Shown here piece after piece: positions 49,324 to 60,407 of a stretch of 64,000 bases of DNA. The position numbers and the translations under genes were made by a program. Source of the DNA: Candidatus Woesebacteria bacterium RIFCSPLOWO2_01_FULL_39_23 (lineage in GTDB: Bacteria; Patescibacteriota; Microgenomatia; UBA8517); contig MGHG01000009.1 of NCBI GenBank assembly GCA_001793095.1, forward strand, positions 221,849 through 285,848, read 5' to 3'. The notes below the pieces were generated by a model, which searched no databases, had not been told where the DNA came from, and worked only from the letters and a program-made list of their open reading frames with translations. Numbering within the stretch: the first letter of the stretch is position 1; each line of letters opens with the position of its first letter.

Positions 49324-50991
49324 TCAATTCGCTACTGCTTGAAAATATTTATATCCGTTTGTTCCATAAATTTCTTGAACAATGTTAGCTTCATTAGGTA
49401 TCTCTTCGTCTGTTCCGATTATAAGGCTTTTTGGGTAAGTAAGCCTATCTCTATCCCAATTTATGGATAAAAAGTGGTATTTGTCAAAACTTCTGACGGT
49501 CGAGAATTCATATGCGTCGCGGGGAGTTAAGTTGTGTTCTTTTTGAAATCTTGCCGGTGGGTATTTAAAATAGAAAAGAAACAAAATATAGGGCTGGTCA
49601 TACCTGTCAGTAACGACGATATTGTCATATCTATCCTGATTCTCTTTGACAAAAGTAACGAGTTCCTTTATACCGTACTGCGATGAATAAGGATACTCTT
49701 TAGACATATGATACCAGTACATATTTAAGTACCTTGAAAAACTCCAAATTCCCAAAAGTCCAAATACCAAAAAACCAGTAACCCCTAACCATTTCAGCTT
49801 TACGGTTGATAATCTATTTAAAGAGTATGCGAATCCAAAAGCAGTTATTATAGTCAGTGGAATGACCATATTTTGACTGCGCAACGCATGAGGAGATTGA
49901 AAAGTGAGAGCCGCAGCAGTCGGAGCAATTAATAACCACCATAGAATTAGGTAGTAGGGCTTAGTATGTAGGGAGTAGGTCCTGAAAAAATAAATTAATC
50001 CCAAGATAATAAATAGAATGTCAAATAAATACATTTGCCCTGTTTCGGGTACGGCGTTTCTTTGAATTACATCTCCCGATATAAATAGAAATCCACCACT
50101 ATAGTGATCACTCCAATTCTCTAAAAATGCTAAGCCGTAATTAACCGGTCTATTGTGTAAGAATAATGCTGGAAGTCCTCTAATATTCTCGTGTTCGCCG
50201 CGTTGTTCGTTTATTCTGGCCAGCGGGCCGGGATCTGACAAAAGCCCCACACCGGCAGCCCGGGAGGCTACGTCCCCTTTTATTAAATCCAACCCGAGGG
50301 GGATGAGAAGCAAGAATGCAATAGTACCTGTTATTGCGATCTGTTTAATATTTTTACGTATTTCATATCTGTAAATAACAAGTAGTCCAAAAAGTAAAAG
50401 CGGAACGACAACCCGAGCTGCATGATATGTGTATAAAGAAAGCACAAAACTAAGTGCTGATAACATTAAGAGTGGCAAGCTGCCCTTGCCTTTCAAAAAT
50501 AACCACAAACCCAAAACCATAAAAAAGGTTGCGACATTTACTTCCCAACCTCCCCGGGAAAAATGAATATGCCACGGCGAGATTGCGAGTATCAGCGATG
50601 CAATCGAAGCCAGTACATCAGCATTCATCTGTTTATGGATCTGCGTAAATCCTTCCCTAAATAACTCCTTAACTAATAAATACATTAGTAAAACGGTTAA
50701 TACACCCAACATAGCACCCGGAATCCTTACAGCCCATTCGTTCAAACCCAGTACTTTGACGAATGGAACAACCATATAAAAATAAAGTCCTGGTTTATAA
50801 TCATTGAAGGATTGAAAGTGTATCGGCCAAGGATTACCGTGTTCGTCACGACCGGTTTGAATTAACGAATATGCATTATAACCTATTGCCGCCTCATCGG
50901 CATTTAGTGCAGGATAAGAATTTAATTTATAGAATCTCAAAACAAAAGCCAAAATAATAATCAGAATTAAGACTAGTTTATTTTTATTCAT
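49324..50991 (-). CDS. ArnT/PMT_2-like GT-C membrane glycosyltransferase (paralog 1)
   Basis: LNADEAAIGYNAYSLIQTGRDEHGNPWP follows TM1, then about 12 TM helices and a C-terminal soluble domain. Confidence 0.65.
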   Translation of the reverse strand: MNKNKLVLILIIILAFVLRFYKLNSYPALNADEAAIGYNAYSLIQTGRDEHGNPWPIHFQSFNDYKPGLYFYMVVPFVKVLGLNEWAVRIPGAMLGVLTVLLMYLLVKELFREGFTQIHKQMNADVLASIASLILAISPWHIHFSRGGWEVNVATFFMVLGLWLFLKGKGSLPLLMLSALSFVLSLYTYHAARVVVPLLLFGLLVIYRYEIRKNIKQIAITGTIAFLLLIPLGLDLIKGDVASRAAGVGLLSDPGPLARINEQRGEHENIRGLPALFLHNRPVNYGLAFLENWSDHYSGGFLFISGDVIQRNAVPETGQMYLFDILFIILGLIYFFRTYSLHTKPYYLILWWLLIAPTAAALTFQSPHALRSQNMVIPLTIITAFGFAYSLNRLSTVKLKWLGVTGFLVFGLLGIWSFSRYLNMYWYHMSKEYPYSSQYGIKELVTFVKENQDRYDNIVVTDRYDQPYILFLFYFKYPPARFQKEHNLTPRDAYEFSTVRSFDKYHFLSINWDRDRLTYPKSLIIGTDEEIPNEANIVQEIYGTNGYKYFQAVAN

Positions 50992-52691
50992 CTTTTTTCT
51001 AAAATCCTAAACGCAACCTTGCCGTTTAAATATCTTATTTCTCTTATTTCACTAAAATCGAATTTAGTGAAGTCAGCATGGATTCTATCCGCATTTCCTA
51101 CAACTATATAGGATTTTGTGGCTCCAATATGGGGAAAACTATAATCCTCAAAACGAATATTATCCAATCTTTCGACTTGGCCCACATCACCCCTATACAC
51201 ACTCTCTTTTAACTTGGCCTTGCTTTGATAGAGTATTGGGTCATATTTTCCATAGAATAGAAAGTAGATATAAGGTTGTGCAAATGTTTGCTGGACAATA
51301 ACCTCGTTATATTCATCCTTAATAGGAGATACCACCTCGACAATCTGTTTATATCCATACTCCCAAAGTTTTGAATCGTGATTTGGAAGATGTACAAAAT
51401 AAGAATCAAAAAAATAAATCAAACTTCCGACATAAAGTGCAGTTAGAAGTATGTAGCTGGTAGCTCGGATAAATGCATGGGTTTTAATATTCTGCAACCA
51501 TAAAATTATTCCATTTAGACCAAAGGAAAGAATTATTATAAGTGGGATTACCATATTCATCGATCGTATCGCATGTACTTCATTGCGCGAAAGAACAGAT
51601 GGCAAAGGCGCGAATATAAGCCACAACGATACAAATAATATTTCTTTCATTAGTTTTCTTTTACATAGTACAATTAAACCCGCTAATAAAAATATTGCAT
51701 CCGTCATTAATAACATACCCTGATGTGGCGAGGAATGCCGCGGATTTGACCAATCACCTTCAAAAAATAAAAACCTGCTCGACATATGGTTGAACCACCT
51801 CCCCATTATTCCTCGAAAATAATTTAATGATTCGGTATGAAATAAATAATAACGTAAAGAACCGACTTTATCGTTATCCTCACTCAAGAATTTTTGTAAT
51901 TGATCGCCCGGCCTTGGATAAGAAAAAACGCTAAAAACAGTTAGCCTCCCCGCTTCTCCATTAACATAACTTTTGATAACGGGTACTAAACATAGACTAA
52001 CAATTAGCGTGCTTATAATCACAGGCTTAGAGGCGGGTTTAAAAACACCCCAAAAACTTTTCCAATATATAATCATCAGCAATGTCACAACTATTAAAGT
52101 AGAGAGCTTGGTACCCTGATATGTAATAAAAGTTAACGCAAAAAAGAGTACCGAGTAAATTAGAAATTTTGGCTTTCGAAAAGATTTGAGAAAAAAAAAT
52201 ATCCCAGCTAAGGTTAAAGTAAGGGCAACGTTTGCTTCCCAGGCTCCTCTAGAAAAATATATTAACCACGGTGTAATAGAAGAAATAAATGCGGATAATA
52301 TTGCAAGTCGACGATTGCCGAACAATTCTTTTGTAATTAGATAAATTAAGTAAACCGTTATTATCCCTGCCGTTGCGCTCGGGAGTCTAACGGAATATTC
52401 GTTTAACCCCAAAAGAGCGATGAAGGGAGCAGCTAAATAAATATAAAAACCAGGTTTGTAGTCCCCGAAAGATTTAAAAATAATCGGCAATACTTTCCCG
52501 TATTCGTCCCGACCGGTATTCAAAATTGAATATGCGTTATATCCGAGAGCGGCTTCGTCGGGGGTCAAGCTCGGAGGTATGCTCCCCAACTTCCATAGTC
52601 TTAATAAAACTGATAACAGAATAATAAAAAACAATAACATAGTACTGGTTTTGAGTTTTAAGTTATGAGTTCTAAGTTTATTTATTTTCAT
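50988..52691 (-). CDS. ArnT/PMT_2-like GT-C membrane glycosyltransferase (paralog 2)
   Basis: LTPDEAALGYNAYSILNTGRDEYGKVLP. The start is placed at the internal MKINKLRT. Confidence 0.65.
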   Translation of the reverse strand: MKINKLRTHNLKLKTSTMLLFFIILLSVLLRLWKLGSIPPSLTPDEAALGYNAYSILNTGRDEYGKVLPIIFKSFGDYKPGFYIYLAAPFIALLGLNEYSVRLPSATAGIITVYLIYLITKELFGNRRLAILSAFISSITPWLIYFSRGAWEANVALTLTLAGIFFFLKSFRKPKFLIYSVLFFALTFITYQGTKLSTLIVVTLLMIIYWKSFWGVFKPASKPVIISTLIVSLCLVPVIKSYVNGEAGRLTVFSVFSYPRPGDQLQKFLSEDNDKVGSLRYYLFHTESLNYFRGIMGRWFNHMSSRFLFFEGDWSNPRHSSPHQGMLLMTDAIFLLAGLIVLCKRKLMKEILFVSLWLIFAPLPSVLSRNEVHAIRSMNMVIPLIIILSFGLNGIILWLQNIKTHAFIRATSYILLTALYVGSLIYFFDSYFVHLPNHDSKLWEYGYKQIVEVVSPIKDEYNEVIVQQTFAQPYIYFLFYGKYDPILYQSKAKLKESVYRGDVGQVERLDNIRFEDYSFPHIGATKSYIVVGNADRIHADFTKFDFSEIREIRYLNGKVAFRILEKR

Positions 52692-54408
52692 ATATTTCAA
52701 AAGCAGTCTTTCCATCCAAATAATTAACGGTTTCTAACTTGTTCCAATTCATCGGCACATTTCCCGGACTAGTTATCAACATACAATTTATTTTTTTGCA
52801 CTCAAAGCCGCCCCCGTATTCCATCTTCCATAGTCCATCTTCTAGTTTCGGTATATCCCAGTCATTAACAAAATAAAATTTGTCGAACCGATCAACCCAA
52901 TACCAGTTAGACTGATGGAAACGAATTAGATTCGGATCGTTTTTATATTGTTGCGGATCCCATGGCCAAAAGAAAAGGAGAAACTCGTGGGGTTCACCGT
53001 ATTTTTTCGTAACGATAATTTTATCGTACTTACCGTAATTTACCCTTGCATAATTTATAACCTCTTTATACCCGTACTGCCAAGACCATGAGTAGTTTAA
53101 TCTGTAATTCCCAAAATAATTCCTCAAATATGCATAAACAGAAATTCCTAGGAATGTGAAATATATAATTGCAGCAAGTGGTGCGAATGCTTTGAATGTG
53201 TGATAACTTATCCAGTACTTCATACCGGCTGTAACCCTTCCCTTAACCATCCATTCCCAAATCGTAGCTAAACCAAATGCAGATAACAACATTGGCAGAG
53301 GTAGCATTGTTGAGGCCCTCGTTACAGCAAATGTTTCATTAGTAATACTTCCCGATATCGGACTTAATAAAAGCCAAGTTAATATTAATAAGTAGTCCTT
53401 CGATCCTTTGATGGCATTTTTTATTACTAAAAATATACCCAGGTAGAAAAAGGGTAAGTTAACAAGATACGATAAACCAAAACCCGGAAGGTTATATTGA
53501 TATTGAGTCCCTCCTTTAAAAAAGAGAAACTTCGGTGAAAAATATCCAAGAAAATTCGAGGTAAATTTTGTAATAAAATATGTCGGACGGTTATAAACAA
53601 ATCTTGCAATTTCATAAGGAAGAGTAGAAGCTTCACGCTTTTCAATAATACGATTGATCGCAGCCTGGTCGATAATAAAGAGCCACTTCGACCTAGCTCT
53701 CGAATTCGGATCGATTAAAATAACTACCGAGACTAGAAAAAAAACAATTATTGAAACAATAAATATTAATGAAATTAATCCTTTCCTCAAATATTTCTCT
53801 TTGAAATCATTTCTGAATATAAAAAGAGTTACTATAACTAAAAGCGGGGAAAAAATGCGCGTCGAATGATACGAAAATAATGTCAGAAACATTAATATGA
53901 ATGAGGCGGGAAGAAGAAATTTACTTTTGTGTTTATTGAAAAAGGCTGCCATGCCTGCGGTGAGTAAAAATATGGAAAGGTTTTGTTGGAGTACTATCCT
54001 TGATGTAAATAAAGTCCATGGTTCCAATACGACCAAGAGTGTTGTCAATAGTGATATGCCCCTGCTTTTAGTTAACGCATATGCTAAAAAATAGGCAGCG
54101 AGGGCAGTTAGTATACCCAAGATTGCATGCGGTAAACGTATTGAGAACGTACTTAATCCCAGAGCCGCAACGTAAGGAATAGTTAAATAAAGGTTTAAGG
54201 GAAGGGGATAATCTCCATAAGCTCGAAAATTTAAAATCGGAATCTTTCCCCATTCATCCGTTCCTGTTTTCAAAAGTGAATAAGCGTTATAGCCATGAGA
54301 GATTTCGTCCCACGACACAGATGGCGGATTTTCGCTAAGGTTAAACACTCTTAAGATAAATCCTGAGATTAGAATAATGGCCAAAAGTATATATATTCTT
54401 CTATTCAT
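52678..54408 (-). CDS. ArnT/PMT_2-like GT-C membrane glycosyltransferase (paralog 3)
   Basis: VSWDEISHGYNAYSLLKTGTDEWGKIP. Confidence 0.65.
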   Translation of the reverse strand: MNRRIYILLAIILISGFILRVFNLSENPPSVSWDEISHGYNAYSLLKTGTDEWGKIPILNFRAYGDYPLPLNLYLTIPYVAALGLSTFSIRLPHAILGILTALAAYFLAYALTKSRGISLLTTLLVVLEPWTLFTSRIVLQQNLSIFLLTAGMAAFFNKHKSKFLLPASFILMFLTLFSYHSTRIFSPLLVIVTLFIFRNDFKEKYLRKGLISLIFIVSIIVFFLVSVVILIDPNSRARSKWLFIIDQAAINRIIEKREASTLPYEIARFVYNRPTYFITKFTSNFLGYFSPKFLFFKGGTQYQYNLPGFGLSYLVNLPFFYLGIFLVIKNAIKGSKDYLLILTWLLLSPISGSITNETFAVTRASTMLPLPMLLSAFGLATIWEWMVKGRVTAGMKYWISYHTFKAFAPLAAIIYFTFLGISVYAYLRNYFGNYRLNYSWSWQYGYKEVINYARVNYGKYDKIIVTKKYGEPHEFLLFFWPWDPQQYKNDPNLIRFHQSNWYWVDRFDKFYFVNDWDIPKLEDGLWKMEYGGGFECKKINCMLITSPGNVPMNWNKLETVNYLDGKTAFEIYENK

Positions 54409-56068
54409 GTTTTTTCTTCAAGATAAGCAAACCAGCTAGTGCGAAACCGGCCAAACTTAAAAAATCTGTAAATAATCTGAATGGTGTCTCTTTCCAATAA
54501 ACACGTACCGTCGCAGGCGTACCATCTAAATGAATTTTGATATTCCCGTTCGGTTCTTTTATTTCAGTAGGCACTTCATTACCATTTACTTCTGCATACC
54601 AGCCGGGGAAATAATAGGAGTTAAAATACAAATCGCCTTTGCCGTTAACCTCTGCAGTGTAATCAATACTTGTATGTTCCGTAATACCAATTATAACTAA
54701 ATCATCAGATGTGAATTTTGCTGATTGGAGTTCAGAGGGTCGATCTCTTGCCCAGACGGGTAATAACAAATAATCTTCGCTATAATTTTTATATATCAAG
54801 CTTTCTTGTGATTTACCTGCGGATAACCGATTAGCAAAGAAGCGTTTCAAAAAATAATTATCATCGGGATTATAATACTCACTTGGCTTAAAATAAGCCA
54901 GTCCAGCCAATAAACTAAACATAATTAGCACAATTAATAATATTTTCCCGATTTTTGTGCGACTATTAATGAAGATCACCATGCTTGAGGTTAAAAAAGC
55001 GGTCAACATAAGAAGTCTCCAGGGGAATTGAATAAACTTGGACAAAGTTGAAATCTCCCAAATAAAAGTTGATCTGATGTTCATCATAAACAAAATCAAC
55101 AACGTCGCCGCGAGAAAAATAGTAGCCTCTATGTTTTTAAGTCCCTTTTTATATACAAAAATAGCAGTTACGATAATCAATGAAATATTCACAAGTCCAA
55201 TTTGAAAAGACATGTCATCATAAACGCCAGGGTTTGATGCTCCGTATCCCCACGAAGGAATAATCAGTTGTTTAATGAAAGGAAAGTGATCTTTATAATT
55301 AAAGGGTGTAATACTTACCAGATATTTTTGTTCTATTAAAGATGGCATCCAAAAAAAAGCACTTATCAGAAATCCGACAATAATACCTTCAAATATTTTA
55401 ATATAATTTCTGTTTTTAAAAGTTGTTAAAGATATAATAAATCCGTAAATAAACACACCCGGCATAAAAATTAATGGTGCAAGATTGTGGCTTAATATAA
55501 GTAAGGCCGTAAATAAACTCAAAAATCCTATGTCTTTCGTTTCGCCTGATTTAGCAACTTTGTAAACAAAATAAGCTATCAAGGGAAAGAAGATAAAAGC
55601 ATACAATTCCCCCAAAGCGCCCCTTATATAAAGGTCAACGGCACGGTAAGGCGTAAAAGTATAAACCAGAGCTCCCGTAAAGCTTGTCAATTTATCCGCG
55701 TGAAGTCTCAGCCATTTATACATAAGCATCGAAGATGCCGGAATAGTTAACAGGAATAGCATTTTAAGAGATATAACCAACGAGCCGGTAAGTTCATAAA
55801 ACAATGCACCTATATAAAAGGGTAGTGGGTAATAAAAATTAAATAGTGGATAACCATAGTTATAACTCATATCCGGTGCCCACCGCGGAGGGATCTGACC
55901 TGACCCGATTGCCCTAATCATTTGATATAAATTAGCAATGTGGGGTTCATCCGAAAAATAATAAAATCCCCGATGCAAGAGGGGTAAGCTTGCCGGTATT
56001 ATAAATACAAGTAACAGTACTAACCAACCGGTGTCAGACCAAAACAGGTTTTTTGTAAATTTTTTCAT
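54401..56068 (-). CDS. Polytopic membrane protein, putative GT-C glycosyltransferase of a distinct subfamily (GYGYPL / QFPWR signature)
   Basis: YFSDEPHIANLYQMIRAIGSGQIPPRWAPDMSYNYGYPLFNFYYPLPFY ... FIQFPWRLLM. Paralogous to 56065-57828. Confidence 0.45.
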   Translation of the reverse strand: MKKFTKNLFWSDTGWLVLLLVFIIPASLPLLHRGFYYFSDEPHIANLYQMIRAIGSGQIPPRWAPDMSYNYGYPLFNFYYPLPFYIGALFYELTGSLVISLKMLFLLTIPASSMLMYKWLRLHADKLTSFTGALVYTFTPYRAVDLYIRGALGELYAFIFFPLIAYFVYKVAKSGETKDIGFLSLFTALLILSHNLAPLIFMPGVFIYGFIISLTTFKNRNYIKIFEGIIVGFLISAFFWMPSLIEQKYLVSITPFNYKDHFPFIKQLIIPSWGYGASNPGVYDDMSFQIGLVNISLIIVTAIFVYKKGLKNIEATIFLAATLLILFMMNIRSTFIWEISTLSKFIQFPWRLLMLTAFLTSSMVIFINSRTKIGKILLIVLIMFSLLAGLAYFKPSEYYNPDDNYFLKRFFANRLSAGKSQESLIYKNYSEDYLLLPVWARDRPSELQSAKFTSDDLVIIGITEHTSIDYTAEVNGKGDLYFNSYYFPGWYAEVNGNEVPTEIKEPNGNIKIHLDGTPATVRVYWKETPFRLFTDFLSLAGFALAGLLILKKKHE

Positions 56069-57828
56069 GACGTCCTCCCCCGAGTCAGACTCGGGGGTTT
56101 CCCTAAGGAGGATGACTTGTCAGAGTTCAATTCACCCCCGGCCTGAAGGGCAGGGTTTTCTTGAACATTGTTATAAAGAATGTTATTTATAATTATTAAA
56201 AACATCGAGACTAAACTTACTATTGAAACCATATCGCCGGCAGTTCTCGGAAAAGAATTATTAAGACTTGCGTAAACAACATAATGCCCCTTGGTTAAGT
56301 CAAATTTTGGGAGTCCCAGGGTCCCGGAATTTGTATAAGGTATATCCGTATCGTTTGCGCTAATCTTCCAAACCGGGAAAGAATACGCAGGTAAAGCCAG
56401 TTCCGCCATACCGCTTTCTACAATTAAATCATATTTAAACCAATTACTACCTTTTATCGATGATTTTAAGTTAATTTCTCCGGTTAAGGGGATTAATCCT
56501 TCGGGTGCTACGTCATCGGGTGCACGCGACGCACTTTTTGGGAGGTAATCATAAATACTTGCAGTTAACTGTCTTTTCAAATTTTCGCCGCTAAGTTTTT
56601 CAGAATCATTTATAAAAAACCAATCTTTCGGTTTAAACATCCGCGAATAAAAAATAAGTATAATAAATATCGTAGCTAACGAGGAAAAGATTAAGAACTT
56701 GCCCTTAGACTGATTAAGAGCAAAACCGGCGAAAAAGGAAGATATAAAAATCGGCATCATAAGGAATCTCCAAGGAAACTGAAGAAATTCAAGAAAAGAT
56801 AAATTTTGCCAGATAAATATTGATTTGCTGTGAGACATAAACGCATAACCTAAAAAGCCCATCATACCGAATAAAAATAACGCCAAATTTAGTTTACGTT
56901 TGTTCACTTTAACAATTAATACCATTAAACCAGTAATAACTGCCAAGGTATGAATTGGGCCAATACCTAAAAAGGCATCGTCCCCTGCTCCGATAACCGA
57001 AGGGCCATAACCCCAATGAGTAAATACGAATAATTGACTAACGCTAAGAAAGTGTTGAAGGTAACCGAAATAACCAGCCGTCAAAGTCTCTACATGCACC
57101 AAATTTCTTTCATAAATAAGTGGTATTAAGAAAAAAGATGATAATCCTACACCTAATAATGAATACTGAAAAAGATCAATAAGTGCCTGCGATCTAACTT
57201 TGTAAAACTTTAATCGAAGCACAACCCAAATTAAAAAGATCGGAAGTACGATTAATACGGTCAGGTTGTGTGTTATGAAAAATATCGAGAGCGATAAAGA
57301 AAGTATTATTCCGGAAATTTTGCTTTTTTTCGCCAAATAATTTTCAAGTGCCCAAAAGATGAGTGGAACTACAACCAGCCCCCAACTCTCACCCATCGCA
57401 CCGCGAACATAAATTCCAGCAGCTCTCATCGGTGCGTAAATATATAAAGCAGTCGTTGCAAAAGATACATATTGTTTAAAAAATCTTCTTGAAAATAAAT
57501 AAAAAAACAGGGCAGAAAAAATAACGCTCAAGATAAAACCCGCTTTTACTGAATTAATTAACGATATCCCCAACAAATGAATTCCCTCCATGATGTAGTA
57601 CGGAAGCGGAGCATAATATATATAAAGCGGATAGCCATAACCTAACCCTAAATCCGGCACCCACCGGCAAGGAATTTGGCCATCCCTGAGGCATTTATCC
57701 ATCTCCCAAACACGTACAACCTGCATATCATCATACATTGAATAAAACCCACCTTTAAATAACGGAAATATTGCTGGAAGACACAGCAATAATAAAGTAA
57801 ATGCTGTGATGATGTTTTTCTTGAGCAT
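56065..57828 (-). CDS. Polytopic membrane protein, putative GT-C glycosyltransferase (paralog of 54401-56068)
   Basis: YSMYDDMQVVRVWEMDKCLRDGQIPCRWVPDLGLGYGYPLYIYYAPLPYY ... FLQFPWRFLM. The start is placed at the internal MLKKNIITAF. It has a C-terminal periplasmic-type domain and a low-complexity tail. Confidence 0.45.
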   Translation of the reverse strand: MLKKNIITAFTLLLLCLPAIFPLFKGGFYSMYDDMQVVRVWEMDKCLRDGQIPCRWVPDLGLGYGYPLYIYYAPLPYYIMEGIHLLGISLINSVKAGFILSVIFSALFFYLFSRRFFKQYVSFATTALYIYAPMRAAGIYVRGAMGESWGLVVVPLIFWALENYLAKKSKISGIILSLSLSIFFITHNLTVLIVLPIFLIWVVLRLKFYKVRSQALIDLFQYSLLGVGLSSFFLIPLIYERNLVHVETLTAGYFGYLQHFLSVSQLFVFTHWGYGPSVIGAGDDAFLGIGPIHTLAVITGLMVLIVKVNKRKLNLALFLFGMMGFLGYAFMSHSKSIFIWQNLSFLEFLQFPWRFLMMPIFISSFFAGFALNQSKGKFLIFSSLATIFIILIFYSRMFKPKDWFFINDSEKLSGENLKRQLTASIYDYLPKSASRAPDDVAPEGLIPLTGEINLKSSIKGSNWFKYDLIVESGMAELALPAYSFPVWKISANDTDIPYTNSGTLGLPKFDLTKGHYVVYASLNNSFPRTAGDMVSIVSLVSMFLIIINNILYNNVQENPALQAGGELNSDKSSSLGKPPSLTRGRTS

Positions 57829-57900
57829 GTGAATCGGCTTTTTTAGTCTAAGCACTATATTCAATTGTAACACCCCCTTAATGCTTGTTAAAATATAACG

Positions 57901-58725
57901 GTGAAGTTGAAAAAAATAATTATATTTCTCGGACTAATCTTTTGGCCTCTGACCCTATTATTAGCGAACACCCCATTGGATCTGATACGCTACTTGTTAC
58001 CGGCATTGATATTACTATTTTCTTTCAATCTCTTCCAAAAAGGTAAAAATTACTTCGAATATCCGCTTTTGTTCATATCGTTAATTGAACCCAAACTAAC
58101 ACTATTTCCACTTATTTTTGCCTTGATACTATATATAACCGACAAAAAACATATAACCCTAAGACGAAGTTCAGTAGTCCTCCTGATATCAATCGCTCTT
58201 ATCGTTACTAATTTTTTTGAATTGTCACGACAAACTATCTTCGTCAAAGATTATGAAGCACAACAAAAAGTCCTCAGAAATATTACCCTGTATCCAAATG
58301 TGTTAACTGCCAGGATCTTTCAAAACAAAGCCAGAATTATCATCAACAAATTCGATGATAATTTTTTTACGCTAACAGATCCGAATAATTATTTTTTCAG
58401 TAATCACCCAAGGGAAGATATCTTAGCGAATCAAAACTTAATAAAATATCCTTTTCTGGCTATTATTCCGTTTTTTATCGGAATCTATTTTATTTCTAAA
58501 AATAATGACCGGAAATTTATTATAATATCAGCAGTTGCAGCATTATTAACCCTAACACTCCTGACAAACTTCGACCGACACGATTTTGTTTTATGGGTTC
58601 CCGTATCGCTTATATTTACTGATGGGGTTAAGAAAATGGCGAAAAAAAAATATTTTACGGTTTTCGCTTCCATTTTTCTTATCATCTCATTTATTGAATT
58701 AATCCGTGCATACTACCTTTTTTAA
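57901..58725 (+). CDS. Hypothetical polytopic membrane protein
   Basis: 274 aa with about 6 TM helices and a probable GTG start. It lies immediately upstream of, and is co-oriented with, an ArnT-like gene. Confidence 0.4.
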   Translation: MKLKKIIIFLGLIFWPLTLLLANTPLDLIRYLLPALILLFSFNLFQKGKNYFEYPLLFISLIEPKLTLFPLIFALILYITDKKHITLRRSSVVLLISIALIVTNFFELSRQTIFVKDYEAQQKVLRNITLYPNVLTARIFQNKARIIINKFDDNFFTLTDPNNYFFSNHPREDILANQNLIKYPFLAIIPFFIGIYFISKNNDRKFIIISAVAALLTLTLLTNFDRHDFVLWVPVSLIFTDGVKKMAKKKYFTVFASIFLIISFIELIRAYYLF

Positions 58726-58727
58726 AT

Positions 58728-60407
58728 ATGACTAAAAAAATATCTTTACTGATTTTAATTTTGGCAATACTACTTGCCGTAATTACCCGATTATATAAAT
58801 TAGGCGAGGCACCTCACGGACTATATGTCGACGAAGCCGGACAGGGTTATAGCGCATACTCCATTTTAAAAACCGGTAAGGACGAGTTTGGGATGCCCTA
58901 CCCTTTTGTTTTTAGATCTTTTGCTGATTTTAAAACACCTGTTTATATTTATTTAATTGTTCCCTTAATTCCGGTTTTCGGTCTTACAATTTATGCTGTT
59001 CGGTTTCCTTCTTATTTCTTCAGTATTCTCACTATCATCCTAACCTACTTACTGATTATTGAAATTGCACCCAAAAAGTACAAATACTCGCTTGCCTGTG
59101 TAAGTTCTTTGTTACTTGCCGTTTCCCCCTGGCATATACTCTTTGGCCGGACCAACTTCGAATGCAATGTTGGTCTTTTCTTTTTACTAGGTGGTGTTTA
59201 CTTTTTCTATCTCGGCCTCAAAAAACCCATGTTTATCGTTTTGTCTTCCGTTTTCTTTGCTATTGCGCTTCCGGCTTATCACTCCCAAAGAATTGTTGCC
59301 CCGCTTACCCTTTTAGCATTAACACTTAGGCACAGAAAAGAACTTTTCTTAAAGACCAATACAAAATACCTAATAATTGCCGCCACTGTGGGTTTTCTGA
59401 TAACCTTACCCACCCTTTCTGTTGCTACAACTCCGGGCTTTTTAGCTCGAGCAACCGGTCTAAATATTTTTTCGACCGTTAGGCGGACTCCTTCCGGAAC
59501 ACTTGACGAAGTTAGGGGATTATCATCTTTTTTCGTGAATAACAGAATGTTCCTCTCTTCTAAAGAATTCCTTGCGTTATATCTCGCATATTATTCCCCT
59601 AGAAATATGTTCGTGCTTGGAGATTACGGCCTGAGAAGTTCATTTCCCGATCTTTCAACCTTCTTCATGTGGCAATTCCCGTTTTATATCTACGGAGCTT
59701 ATTTGTTTTTCAAAGAAAAAATGCTTGGTGAGCTTAGATCTATCGTCTTAACACTTTTTTTTATAGCTCCGATACCCGCTGCCGTTACAATAGATCCTTA
59801 TACTACAATCAGATCAATACCGCTTGTTATCCCCCAGCTAATATTTATTGCATTCGCCATAGTTTATGCTTTCGAAAAAATCAAAGACAAAAAGAGTAAA
59901 TATTTCTTTTACATATCTTTCGTTGTAATTCTCATATATTCAATCGCAAAACTATACAGTTCAGTAATCATCATCAATGAATTCTACCGAGCACAAGCTT
60001 GGAATTACGGTTGGGAAGAAGTCGTAGATGTTATAACAACCCGTCTTGATCCCAAAATCCCCATTGTAATAGATAATGCACGGGAAGACGGCTACATCCA
60101 ACTTCTATTTTTCTTAAAATATGATCCGGCAACTTACCAGAAATCAAATAACGAAGTTGCTCTTTCCGAATATTATACAAACATGCAACGCGTCGATTCA
60201 CGACAGATCGGAAATATCACTTCAAGGAAAATAGATTGGACTCCCGACACCATGAAAGAACAATACTTAATTGGGGATAATTTAGCAATATCGAACGAGC
60301 AAATAAAACTTCACTATTTAACCCCCATTACTGATATATTTTATCCCGACGGCAGCACGGCCTTTCGCGTGGTAAAAACAAACCCGAATCTAAAGCCAAG
60401 ACTGTAA
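58728..60407 (+). CDS. ArnT/PMT_2-like GT-C membrane glycosyltransferase (paralog 4, plus strand)
   Basis: LYVDEAGQGYSAYSILKTGKDEFGMPYP. Confidence 0.65.
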   Translation: MTKKISLLILILAILLAVITRLYKLGEAPHGLYVDEAGQGYSAYSILKTGKDEFGMPYPFVFRSFADFKTPVYIYLIVPLIPVFGLTIYAVRFPSYFFSILTIILTYLLIIEIAPKKYKYSLACVSSLLLAVSPWHILFGRTNFECNVGLFFLLGGVYFFYLGLKKPMFIVLSSVFFAIALPAYHSQRIVAPLTLLALTLRHRKELFLKTNTKYLIIAATVGFLITLPTLSVATTPGFLARATGLNIFSTVRRTPSGTLDEVRGLSSFFVNNRMFLSSKEFLALYLAYYSPRNMFVLGDYGLRSSFPDLSTFFMWQFPFYIYGAYLFFKEKMLGELRSIVLTLFFIAPIPAAVTIDPYTTIRSIPLVIPQLIFIAFAIVYAFEKIKDKKSKYFFYISFVVILIYSIAKLYSSVIIINEFYRAQAWNYGWEEVVDVITTRLDPKIPIVIDNAREDGYIQLLFFLKYDPATYQKSNNEVALSEYYTNMQRVDSRQIGNITSRKIDWTPDTMKEQYLIGDNLAISNEQIKLHYLTPITDIFYPDGSTAFRVVKTNPNLKPRL

